Positions 40,275 through 51,803 of a DNA stretch of 64,000 bases are shown piece by piece. Under the pieces are notes generated by a model. It worked only from the letters and a program-made list of their open reading frames with translations, was not told where the DNA came from and did no database searches. Within the stretch, counting starts at the first letter, position 1. Every line of letters begins with the position of its first letter. The DNA is from Chrysomallon squamiferum (taxonomy: Eukaryota > Animalia > Mollusca), in assembly GCA_012295275.1 (NCBI GenBank), contig CM022671.1, forward strand, positions 17,980,001 through 18,044,000, given 5' to 3'. The position numbers were made by a program, and so were the translations under genes.

Positions 40275-41439
40275 TCACAGTTTATTTTTAGATGTTGCTG
40301 AAGTTTCCAGACTCTGCATAGCAATTTTATGTGCTTGTTTTTCCTTGTATACTGAATCTAAAGAAGAGAAAACAAAACTGTAATGAAAGTGAAATACTTT
40401 TAGATCATACTAATGCACAACTAGCCAAAATGTATTTAATGAAAAAAAAAACCATTTGATTATTTGATATAAATTATTTACATTAATATTTAATGACCGT
40501 TTCAAAATGTCACACACCTGCCAAAAACAGTAAAATAAGGCCTACCACGTTAATCCAAATAAACAAAAAATGATTTAGCATGCATGTGTGTGTTCTTGAT
40601 GTGATTTTATAAAACTGTTTTGTTAAAATAATTAGTTTTAGATTCTAAAATGTTCACGTACATCAAATGCATTCAAGAACGCAGCTTTAATCAACATAAA
40701 CGAAGCCGTGCATCAACCTGTCTAATCACTGACAGAATGAATAATTAATTTCTCTTATTAATAGCAAAGGATGTATTATGTTAACTTTCCCATTGATAAC
40801 ATCAAAGAGCACTAGCTGTGCTGAAAATAACCGACGCGGAACAATAAAGACTGATCATCAAACCTCTAACAAGTGTTGAAATGGGAACCATTCGTCAAAG
40901 TTAAATAAAAGAATATTTGAAAAATAAAAATAAAAAAATAAAAAATAAACGAAAACTGATCAAAATATTAATATAGATGCTCGACGTATAAAAGATAAAT
41001 AGGCTGATATTCTCTAATGCCCCAGCATGATCTTAACTTCTTTAAACGGTTATTCAGTTAAAAATGTTAATAAATTCGTTTGGATCACGTTTATTTCCAT
41101 TTGGCATTTTCCAATTTGAATGTCTAGCGGATTTCAATTTTGAGAGTTATGTCCCTTCTACTTGAATCGTCAGTCCCACATTTTATAAAATAAATATAAT
41201 GCAAACCAATGCATCAGCCATAACTGCGAAAATTATGTTATTTCATTCTTACATATGGAATATTTCACAAACTTACAAAAGTTAATCTGTCCTACTCTCC
41301 AATTTACCATTGAAAACTCAACTGCAGCTCCCAAAACAAAAAAAATCGGAAGAAATCTATACATTCCAAACGTTTTTTTCCCAGGCCATGCCTGCATAAT
41401 GCGTTGAATTGTTCTACTAAAAAAGAATCTACTAATCAT
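40275..41439 (-). CDS. UQCC5: SMIM4 / sloth1 complex III assembly microprotein, 81 aa, 2 exons
   Basis: Exons 41439-41277 (T|gtaagt) and 40357-40275 (tttag|AT). WPGKKTFGMYRFLPIFFVLGAAVEFSMVNWRVGQINFYSVYKEKQ matches the recalled human PGKQRFGIYRFLPFFFVLGGTMEWIMIKVRVGQETFYDVYRRK. Confidence 0.94.
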
Positions 41440-41692
41440 GATTTTATTTTAGGACATGTGCTCACTTTCTTGTCTCATTTCACCTTTCAGTTGCTGACAT
41501 TTTGTAACTTGCCCATGCGCAGAGTAAACTTTCAGAATACTAGAAATGTGCCGAGAACGTTGATTGGATTAATCACATTTATCAACCAATCACATCTTAG
41601 TTTACACGATTATTCCTGTTTAGAAAAATCTGCAGAGAAAATGGGAGCACTTACCGAATAACTGGAAAGATTAATTTCATATAATCTGTTAG
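41440..41692. promoter_or_regulatory. bidirectional promoter SMIM4/TDG and probable non-coding TDG exon 1
   Basis: NRF1-like TGCCCATGCGCA 41510-41521; oppositely oriented CCAAT boxes (ATTGG 41563, CCAAT 41586); donor AG|GTATGT at 41692/3; CpG-retaining surroundings 40500-42170. Confidence 0.75.
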
Positions 41693-42184
41693 GTATGTTT
41701 GGCTTTAATTTTCCTCTCGATAAAAGGCTTTACTAATCAAGATTTCTGTTCAGCTACTTGGTAAAACAACTGCATTAATATACATCAAAATCAAATACTG
41801 GTCATCGTGTATTGGAAGTTGAAATGGCCCTCTCGGCCACTCTGCCATTGGGCCATTGTCATTGTTTCGTTTAGTTGAGATTTCAAAAGTCCCTGATGAA
41901 TCATCTGATTTGTTGTCTCAGATGTCCAGAATTAAGTTTGCGATCGATTTCTAGTGAACCTTTTTTAGTCGGAACATTACCACCGTTTCTTAATAAAAGG
42001 TAATTATTAAATTTGTATTTATCGGGGATTCAGTTACTGAGCTTATTCGTTTCCAGATTTTCGTTATTCATTTTACGATGAAAAAATAATTTTAAAAAAT
42101 GACTGGTTTAATCGTATGCATTTGATATTATTTTAAATCATTTATATTTTTATTCCACTGTGTACGTTTTGTTTATGTTGCCCA

Positions 42185-42187
<3 letters not shown>

Positions 42188-42232
<45 letters not shown>
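42188..42232. repeat. (GT)n microsatellite
   Basis: Directly visible. Confidence 0.95.
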
Positions 42233-42234
<2 letters not shown>

Positions 42235-43380
42235 TTTTTTGTTTATCCCAAAGACTTTAACTAATGGTAATGACTAATATAATATATCCGTAATGTATTA
42301 TTATTCATTATAAATTCATTATATATCCTTTAATTAAATATGAAGTTTAAAATAATACATAAATGCAAAATTGTATATAACACAGTTGTAGAAAAACAAG
42401 ATACTGACATGACATATATGTGTGCATGTTGTTCAGCTAGTTGCACACACACACACACACACACAATAATATATCTATATGTGTGCCAGTATATATGTGT
42501 GTTTTTATATGAATTATTAATATCTAACTCAACTCTAAAACTAACCGTGAAATTAACCCTGAACCTAGAGGCAGAAATTATTATATTTCTTGAATAGATC
42601 AGTTAATGTTGATAATGTATTGTTTGATAGTGGATGAACTAGCTCTGATTATTTGTCCTCAGTGTAAATCCAGTTAGTGTTCCCATCTTGTCAAAGATAT
42701 TTGACATTACTGTTTAGCAGAACGTGAAAAATGGTGTCCTTTTGCTAATCTTTAAGTTTAAAATCGGTCAAAAATATAAGGACTGGTTTTATTGGTTGTA
42801 TCCATTACAAATCACATGGTTAGCAGCTTACAACTGGTTGTTTTTATGTGAAATCATAAACTTTGTTTTTCCAATAACCTCAGTATAAAATTTTATGTAG
42901 AAACTAGAAGAGAATATCAGTGGAAACAAAACAACTGTTAATACAAAAACATGTTGAGACATTAAATATTTGTTTAATCATTTGATCTGAACATGTAATG
43001 ATATCTTATGTATGTTCACATGTTGATCATTAAATGAAAAATTCCACTGAGCAAAATCATCAAAATTATTCTTACTTTGATAATAACATTCAATTAGATT
43101 TTATTAATATATATTTTTTTTTAAATTAATGTTATTAATATTTCAGCAACAATTAATTATTTGATTAAACATTAACATCACTTAAACATGAAATACTTCA
43201 ATACCTGTTATTTGTTGCTGGACCATTCATTTATAAAACTCTAATTCTAATAAAGTATGCCAGTATTCAATAAAATAGTTTAAAAAGATAAATCATAAAA
43301 AGAAGAATTGTTCAAATATTTATTTTTATTAGTTTTACAATTGATAATTTCTTCCTGCTGGCCTGCTTTATAGGGACAGA

Positions 43381-43606
43381 TGTAAATAAAATAATTAATA
43401 CTGAATCTTATTAATGCACTTGTTAAACCAATGACTTGATGCTACAGCTGGTTAAACTGCTGTTGTTATAAGACCAACACCTTCTTTGTTCCTGTAAACA
43501 AAATAATTAATACTGAATCTTATTAATGCACTTGTAAAAAACCAATTACTTGACCCTAAAGCTGATTAAACAGTAGTTGTTATAAGACCATCACCTTCTT
43601 TGTTGC
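43381..43606 (+). repeat. tandem duplication of about 112 bp (2 copies)
   Basis: 43381-43492 and 43493-43606 share aaaataattaatactgaatcttattaatgcacttgt and gttgttataagacca.caccttctttgtt. Confidence 0.9.
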
Positions 43607-43911
43607 TATAAATAATAGTAATTTTCAAATATTCTGGCATAAAAGAAACCAAAAAATGCACCTGTTAGACAGATATGGGTTGTTTTTTTTGTACATATTA
43701 AAAAGGTTAAAGTGAAGTATTTTATATAACTAATGTAAGACAAATGTTTAAGAATCAGAATTTTTTTTTAAATACAAGTCAAAAACAAGTAATCTGCTTG
43801 ACTGTCAGACTCAAAGTGATAAAGTTTATGTTTATTTTACTGTTTTGATTTTCATGTTATTGAAATATATTTGTTTTATTTTTCAGTGCAGCTTTTTGAT
43901 TGCACTGTAAG

Positions 43912-45631
43912 ATGGATATGAGCAACCAAAACATGTATGTTCAAGCTCTGCTCTTCTTTTCTTTTGTTGTTGTTGTGCACAAAAAGTACAAAATATAGTG
44001 TAAACTAATAAAAAAAAAAAAATGTATGACTATATTGTTTAATTTTATTAATAAATAAAATTTAAATAAATAGAAAAGAATATGGCATGGTCTATCGGTT
44101 TGGGGGTAATGAACCTTTAAAGAGTTCATCTACTTCATAAGAATGAAAATAATAATATAAATGTGTTTGTAACAATGTTCTATTCTTTTAATAAAAATAG
44201 TAATAATTCATGCCTAACTGATTTGAATAGTTGTTTGAGGAATGTAATTACTTCTGCAGGTACAGGTGTAAAAACTAATTAACAATGCAATACCTAATAA
44301 CACACTAATACACTATTTACACAGTGTAATACATATAACAATGTTATACACAATATTGTAATAATTTAAACTAACACAATGTAACATATAATGTAATAAA
44401 TTAACATAATGCAATACATAATGTTGTAAGAAAGTAACACATTAATGATTATGTAAATTCTAAGAAAAATAATTTGTTTTCCTTCGATATAACTTTTATC
44501 TCCTCTTCTTTCTGAGTACTGATTTATAAGTATTTATTATTGCTTTATTTTCTTAACATATATATATATAATTTGAATTTTTATTTATGTTTTACTTCTT
44601 TTTTCCTTTCTTAAACATTTCTTATTATTGTTCTTTTTTTTTACTTTATTTTTTTGTTATTATTTTTTCTTTACCTTCTTATTTTAATTTTTTTTTTTTT
44701 TACATACTTGTTTTATTATTATTATTATTATTAATATTATTATTATTATTATTTATTAATATGAAAAGATTTTGGAGAAAATATTGACGAATAAAACATA
44801 TTTTTAGGTTTTTCCATCAAATGCAGTCCTACCAGGCTTATGCACAGCAACAAATGATGAACTCACAAATGGGAATTATAGATCAGAAACCAATAGGACT
44901 TGTACAGCAGTTTGGGAGGGATGAACAGAATGTTAATACAACAGAGAAGAAACCTGCAAAGCCATCTAAAAGAAAGAAGAAAGTGAAGTAAGATAAAAGA
45001 AGTTATGAGAACTGTGATTGGTTCGTTTACTTCATGTATGTGTGGTGTGTAATCAAAGTAGTTTTCACTGGATCTTGTAATATAGCACTATAATCCCACC
45101 AAAAAAATAAAAAAATAAAATAAAATAAAATAAAATAAAATTTAAAATGGCCTGAAACTGTATTTAATTCACTGTATATGTTTTCATCATTCATTTATAT
45201 TTACTGAGCTTTATAATTCAAAGATTGAAAACTATTTTTATTATTATTATTTATTTATATATATTTTTAAATTTTTATTGTTTAATGTAATAGATTAGAT
45301 GCCAACAAGTTTGAATTAATAATTTGAAATGTTAATATTGACTTGATAATTGTGAAATATTTATTTATTTATAATTATCTTAGTAGCTTTCTGTGAATGT
45401 GAACACCATTTAATAAAACACCTTTATTTTACAGTGGAGATTACATACATATATAAATATTGTAAAATAAACTGATGTGTACTGTTCTTTGATGATGATG
45501 ATTATTATTAGTAGTAGTAGTAGTGGTGTGGTGGTAGCAGTAGTAGTATAATTGTTATTTTTATTTTTATTTTCTTTAATTATTTTATTATTATTATTAT
45601 TATTTTTATTATTATTATTATTATTATTATT

Positions 45632-45672
<41 letters not shown>

Positions 45673-46232
45673 AAAATATTTTAAAAATCAGGCCATATCA
45701 ATGATATTTTCCAGTGGAATTAATTAATATAACAATTTTCTTTACTTCATCCTCCGATTTTTCTTCGTTTATTTTTCAAATTATGATCTTATTATTTCAC
45801 AACAGAAAAACAAGCACATAAAATTTATACTTCAAAATAACCCTTTTTTTTTTTTTTTTTTTTTTTGTTTGTTTGTTTCAGAAGATAGTTTTACTAGAAC
45901 ATTTTTAAACATTTTTAAACATTGTGTTTATTTTACAGGGAAACTGTTACTATTAAAGTAGAAGATGGGGTCACAGACAAGAAGAAGATGAAACAGGCTA
46001 AAATTACAGAACATCTGACAGTGAGAAAGAAACGAGACAGATTCAACGGAATGCCAGAGGAAGATGTGATCAAGAGAACTCTCCCAGACCACCTCGCAGA
46101 AAACCTTGATATCGTTATTGTAAGTTCTTAAAGATATAAACAATTTTTTTTTTAAATTAATTAATTAAAAAATTTAAGATTAAAAAGTATTCATGATGAT
46201 GAGCTTTTATAATAATATTCACTTTTTTTAAA

Positions 46233-46295
<63 letters not shown>

Positions 46296-47886
46296 GGAAG
46301 AATCTTTTCCATATTAGACTTTATTTTTAACTTAAGAATTTAAACCATAAATACTCTGTCACACTGTTTTGTTTTAATTACTGAAACCATTAAATTGAAT
46401 TGTTTACACCAAGTAATTCTAATCCTGTAACTTTTTGGTTATGAAGAAGTTGCTTAAATAATTTTTTCTTTACTTCTTAATGATTCTTTTGATTCATATG
46501 ATCAGTATAACTAATAGGAAAATACATTAAAATGCAAGCATGCATTAAGACTAACAGTTATCCAGCTGTATTGTGATGGTATTTTGTATATGTTGGAATA
46601 TCAAAAATACTTGATAGACTGAGTATGCAGTAATTTTTATCTTCTCAGTTTTGTTTTGTTTTGTTTTGTTTTGTTTTGTTTTGTTTTGTTTTTATTTTAT
46701 TTTATTTTATTTTATTTTATTTTATTTTATTTTATTTTATTTATTTATTTATTTATTCAAAAAATATTCCCATGATAAATATTTAAATATTCTATTAAAG
46801 GATAAATTAATTCTTGTTTTCATGTAAAAATAATATGTAAAAGTGAAAATGATATAAAAATAACTGGTTTTATAACAAATAGAAGACAGTGGCTTCTTAC
46901 ATGTAATAAAATTTCTGAAATTATTACTCAGTAATCTTGTTTGTCTGGGGGCTTATATTCATTAGAGAAGTTCAGCTCTGAATGGTTCAATTTCAATGAA
47001 TATTTATTAGCAGCTCCTTAATACATTTTAATAATACAAACTTACTAGACTCAGATATTCTTGCAGTATAATACTGAGCAATGAACCTTCTGTATGTACT
47101 TACTAACAAAGCAGTTATGGGGCAATAAATGAAACAGAATTCATTACATGTAAGTTATTTGTCAGGAAGTATTAACAAAATAGATTACTGAATTTTCTAA
47201 ATTAATTTGGATAATCTGTTTCAGATTGGTATTAATCCTGGATTATTTGCTGCCTATGTAGGACATCACTATGCAGGACCAGGAAACCATTTTTGTAAGT
47301 TGTTTTTAATATATTTTATGTGATCTGACATTATTTGAATTATTAAATTGTCTTGGTTAATGTAAGAATTCGGACCTCATAGCAAAAAAAAAAGTGGTCT
47401 CATAGTTTCTAGATTTGATTTTCTTTTTTATCTAACTGGAACTGCTAAAGAAAAAACTATAATAAGAAACTAAAAAAAAGGCCTTTTTTTATTGTTAAAT
47501 AATGTGGCATAGACATAATTTGTTTTACATGCATTTTGTTCATACATTATTTTCTTTTATCTTTTTCTAAATGTCTAAAAATGTGTATAATTCCTTTTTA
47601 CAAAAAGGTTACTTATTCTTTTCTATGTATGTAATTCAAACATATAAGTAAAATATATAATTTTAGTTATTAGAATATTACATTTGAACTTTTTTTTTTT
47701 TTTTTCTGATATTTTTTAAAAACAATGTGAATAATATTTTAGTAAATACATACATACTTACATTGTTATAATTTTGTATTTATTATTATTTTATTTTATT
47801 TTCAGTATTTAATACAGTAAATGTATTTAGTGATTTTTGTTATTGATATTACTGATTTTTTTTATTTTCATAGAGAAATGTTTGTG

Positions 47887-47932
<46 letters not shown>

Positions 47933-50900
47933 GGTTTTTATTTTGTAATTTTTGTTATTAAAACAACTGACTGTTATTTTTCCACAGGGAAATGTTTGTA
48001 TTTATCTGGTTTGATACCTGAACCTATGAATGCCTATGATGATTCGAAACTGCTGGATTTTGGTATAGGATTTACAAACATTGTTGGCAGAACCACTCGT
48101 GGAAGTGTAGATCTGAAAAAGTAAGCTATTTCTTATTTCTTGTTATTTATTTACTTAACCCTTTGGCACAAAACATACTTCTCAATTCCAGGTATTTTTT
48201 GGGGAAAAATTACCTAAGTGAAATATCAGTTTTAACTTAGGCTAGTGCATTTAGTCGAGATAAGTGGTCTTCTAGCATGTGGAAATATCCTGGCAATGAC
48301 ACCAAAAGGGTTAAGCTTAAAGGTGTTAAATGATAGTGTTTTTGAACAGACACGTAATACTGGGATATACAGGAATATATCAATTTATGTTGTTAAGCAG
48401 ATAAGTACAGGGATTCTGTTCAGTTTGTTGATATATATATATATATATGTATATAGAATCTATTCAGTAAGTTTATACATGCTGAACTTAATGAGTTACT
48501 TATGTTGATCAGTACTTAACTCTAGTTACATGACAAGTTTTTTTTAAACTGTTTACTTAAACATTGCACATCTCATCATATAAAACATATATGAAAATCT
48601 CACATCAACCACCCTCCAGTTAATTTTACTCACAAATGTCTTGTTTATCCCACCATTTATGCAGTGAGCCATAAGATAATGTCTTTATAATCATTATTTT
48701 TACCTAAGCTGTCTTGAAGCCAGGTTTGTTTGCTCCATGTTTTGTTTGTCAGAGAATAGTAAAATTAGGGGTATCTATAGTGTTTTTTAATGGTTCAATT
48801 AGTTCTGCAAATATGTATTTAATCAGATAAAATAACAGTTTTATCTAATACTACTGTTAAAGCTGGTAGAGTATCATTATTTCTTGTTTTATATTATTTC
48901 ATATTAGTTCCAACTTTTTTCTTGTTTAATTTTTATCATTTATGTGAAACTTTTCTTACATGGCCTAGTTATTTTTAAATTTTCTAGTATAAGATTAAAA
49001 ATATATATATAATTTAAAAACTATAGTACTTTAAGATGTTTTTGTTCTGAATTTGTAAATAGATACATTGTTTTTCTCTACATATTTTATAATTTCATTT
49101 TTTAAAATTTGTTTTTCTTAATCCAGAGAAGAAATAAAAGAAGGAGCTCAGATTTTAAAAGAAAAAATCATCAAATACAAACCAAAGATTGCTGTTTTCA
49201 ATGGAAAAGGTTTGCATTTAAAAATGAATCAAGATTTTAATATTTTAAATTATATGATGTTTTATATTTAAACTTTACTGGATTTGATTAGGGGTTTATT
49301 TATTTTTGTTTTCTGTGTAGCAGTGTAAGGCCAGGTGTTTTATATTTTATTATAAATGTTGGTTTATAAAATAGGTGTCACAAATTATTTAATTAAATTT
49401 GTTTCTTTCAAATCTTTACTCCAGGAATTTATGAAGTCTTCTTGGGTCACAAGAATTTCTATTTTGGAAAACAGCCTGAAGTATTAGATGGATCTAACAC
49501 AGTGAGTTTTTTCAAGATATATATATTTTTCATTCCATTGACATTTTCTTTTCATTTATCTTTAAATCCTGTAACTTTGGCCTTTCCTACATTTTAAATA
49601 CATCCCTCAATTATTTTGAAAACATAATGTTAAGTAGATTCCAAAATACATTTCTGTTACAATTATCTGAAGAAGAAATAATTTAATTTTTTAATCATCA
49701 ATTTTTATTTTAAACAAATCAGTTGTGATGAAATTGTTTTTATTGTTACTGTTAAGGTTTTCTTTAATTAAACAAATAACATTAGATGGAAAATTGTTTT
49801 TATTGTTATTTTTTTATTGTTATTTTTAAGGTTTTCTGTGTTTAAACAAATCACATCAAATCAACTGGATTTTCAAGGTTGTCTGTGTTTAAACAAATGG
49901 ATATCAGGATGAAATTGTTTTTAATGTTATTTTAAGGTTTTCTGTGTTTAAACAAATCAAATCAGGTTGTCGATGTTTAAACAAATTAAATCAGGTTATC
50001 TTGATGAAATTGTTTTGTTATTTTCAAGGTTGTGTAAAAACAAATTGTTTTGTTTTGTTATTTTTAAGGTTGTCTGTTTTAAACAAATCACATCAGGATT
50101 TTATTGTTATTGTTAAGGTTTTTTGTGTTTAAACAAATCAAAATTGTTATTTTAAAGGTTTTAAACAAATCACATCAGGATATCATGATGAAATTGTTTT
50201 TGTGGTTATTGTTAAGGTTTTCTGTGTTTAAACAAATCACATCAGTATAATTGTTTTGTTATTTTCAAGGTTGTCTATGTTTAAACACATCACATCAGTA
50301 TAATTGTTTTGTTATTTTCAAGGTTGTCTATGTTTAAACACATCACATCAGTATAATTGTTTTGTTATTTTCAAGGTTGTCTATGTTATGCCGTCCTCAA
50401 GTGCCCGTTGCGCTCAGCTTCCGAGAGCAGTGGACAAGCTACCGTTCTTCACAGCCCTGAAGAAACTTCGAGACCATCTCCGTGGCGACATCCACCTGGA
50501 AGACGACTCGGAAGTGACGTTTCCTGACCTAGAGCTGAAGGTGTTCAAGCAGGAGAAAATAGAACCGGTTGAAAACGAAGAAGTTGTTCCAGAAGCTCAG
50601 AAACTGACGGCAGCTTCTGCTTCTGTGCTTTCACATGACATTCAGGTCAGTCCGAACTCAATGTGGCCCCCAGTGAAGCAAGAAAAAGGCTACAACCCGG
50701 CTGATTACGGTGGAATGTCCAACCAGGCACCAATGGCTGCGTCTGCAGCACATGCTCATGCCAAGAATGTGTATAAAAATTCCCATGAGATGAGCTATCC
50801 GCTGACAAACAGTTCAGGAGCTCAGGCGTTGAGTGTGGATCTCACAGTCCCACACACGACTAACTCAGGTTTCTTTCCCAATACTGATCTTCACTCTCTA

Positions 50901-51803
50901 CAACCTATGCAGCAGTTCTACTCGCAGGGAGGGTCGTTTCTTCAGCAGTTACAGGCTCCGTTGATGCCAGATCAGAGTCAGGCTCAGTGTTTTGCTAACA
51001 GACCAAATTGGCAGCAGTTTGGTGGGCCCCAGTTTTATCAGAACCTGGCAATGAACCAGCTGTTACCTCAGGGTCCACAGAACCCAGGATTTAACAACTT
51101 TCCAGGTCAGCAGCAGCAGCAACAACAACAACAGCAGCAGCAGCCTCAGATTCAGATGCACGCTGTTAAAAATGAACCACAAAGTCAGGGTTATGAAAAA
51201 CCTAAAGATAAGAAAACAAACCGTAAGAAAAAAAAGGTGGTTGAAAAGCAACAACAGAGCCAACCACAACAACAACAACAGCAGCAGCAGCAGCAGCAAC
51301 AACCACCACCATTACATCATCTACAACAACAGCCACAAAGCCAACATCCATTCTGTCCTCCAGGCCAGTCTCAGCAAAGTCTGCAGTCACTGACGAATGT
51401 GAAAACTGAATGTGTTGAACTCGGATACGACTGTGCTTTCAGTAACAAGACTAATCTGTTAGACGAGACCCAGGAACATCCATTTCCCCCACAACCGCAG
51501 TGTTTGCAACAGTCCCGCCCACCACCTCCACCACTGCACCATATGCCCCACTCCCTTCAACAAAACAACCATGTTCTGTCGGGAATGCAACAGCAACAGC
51601 AACAACATCCCAACAGCAGCATGGTCAACTCTGAACACAATTCAAACATCTCGGTCAATAATTCAAGTCATATAGGAGGTCAGCATCAGCATCACCAACA
51701 ACAACAACAACAACAACATTCTCCCACACACTTACCATTTGTGGTGAAAAGTGAACCACAAGACTGTGGCTACGAATGTGCAGTGGTAAAGAACTTGAGT
51801 TGA
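43912..51803 (+). CDS. TDG: G/T mismatch-specific thymine DNA glycosylase with a long Q-rich C-terminal tail, 8 coding exons
   Basis: Exons 43912-43934, 44808-44987, 45939-46119, 47225-47294, 47988-48120, 49127-49209, 49425-49501, 50376-51803, in phase. Motifs [21 protein letters not shown] (catalytic Asn), [37 protein letters not shown]. The start exon is less certain. Confidence 0.96.
45586..46750. repeat. intronic simple repeats: (ATT)n/(GTT)n 45586-45672, (ATT)n 46234-46293, (GTTTT)n/(ATTTT)n 46648-46750
   Basis: Directly visible. Confidence 0.9.
48159..48310. mobile_element. piggyBac-type MITE, 152 bp
   Basis: TTAA|CCCTTTGG ... CCAAAAGGG|TTAA: TTAA on both sides and short terminal inverted repeats beginning CCC. 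Confidence 0.65.
49712..50387 (+). repeat. 53-bp-unit tandem array made of the TDG last-exon splice acceptor
   Basis: Unit ttgttttgttattttcaaggttgtctatgtttaaacacatcacatcagtataa, near-perfect at 50251 and 50304, with a partial copy at 50357 that runs into the real exon. About 9 more degenerate copies lie upstream. Confidence 0.92.

Noticed and set aside
41404-41661. 85-aa ORF across the SMIM4/TDG promoter
   Set aside because: Non-ATG start and spans promoter elements; only the final MGALTE uORF is retained.
50304-50375. ORF-track N-terminus MFCYFQG of the 499-aa ORF
   Set aside because: Intronic repeat sequence; homology to TDG begins at 50376.
49712-50387. Repeat array as a CRISPR-like locus
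   Set aside because: Eukaryotic intron, no unique spacers and no cas genes; it is a degenerate tandem repeat.
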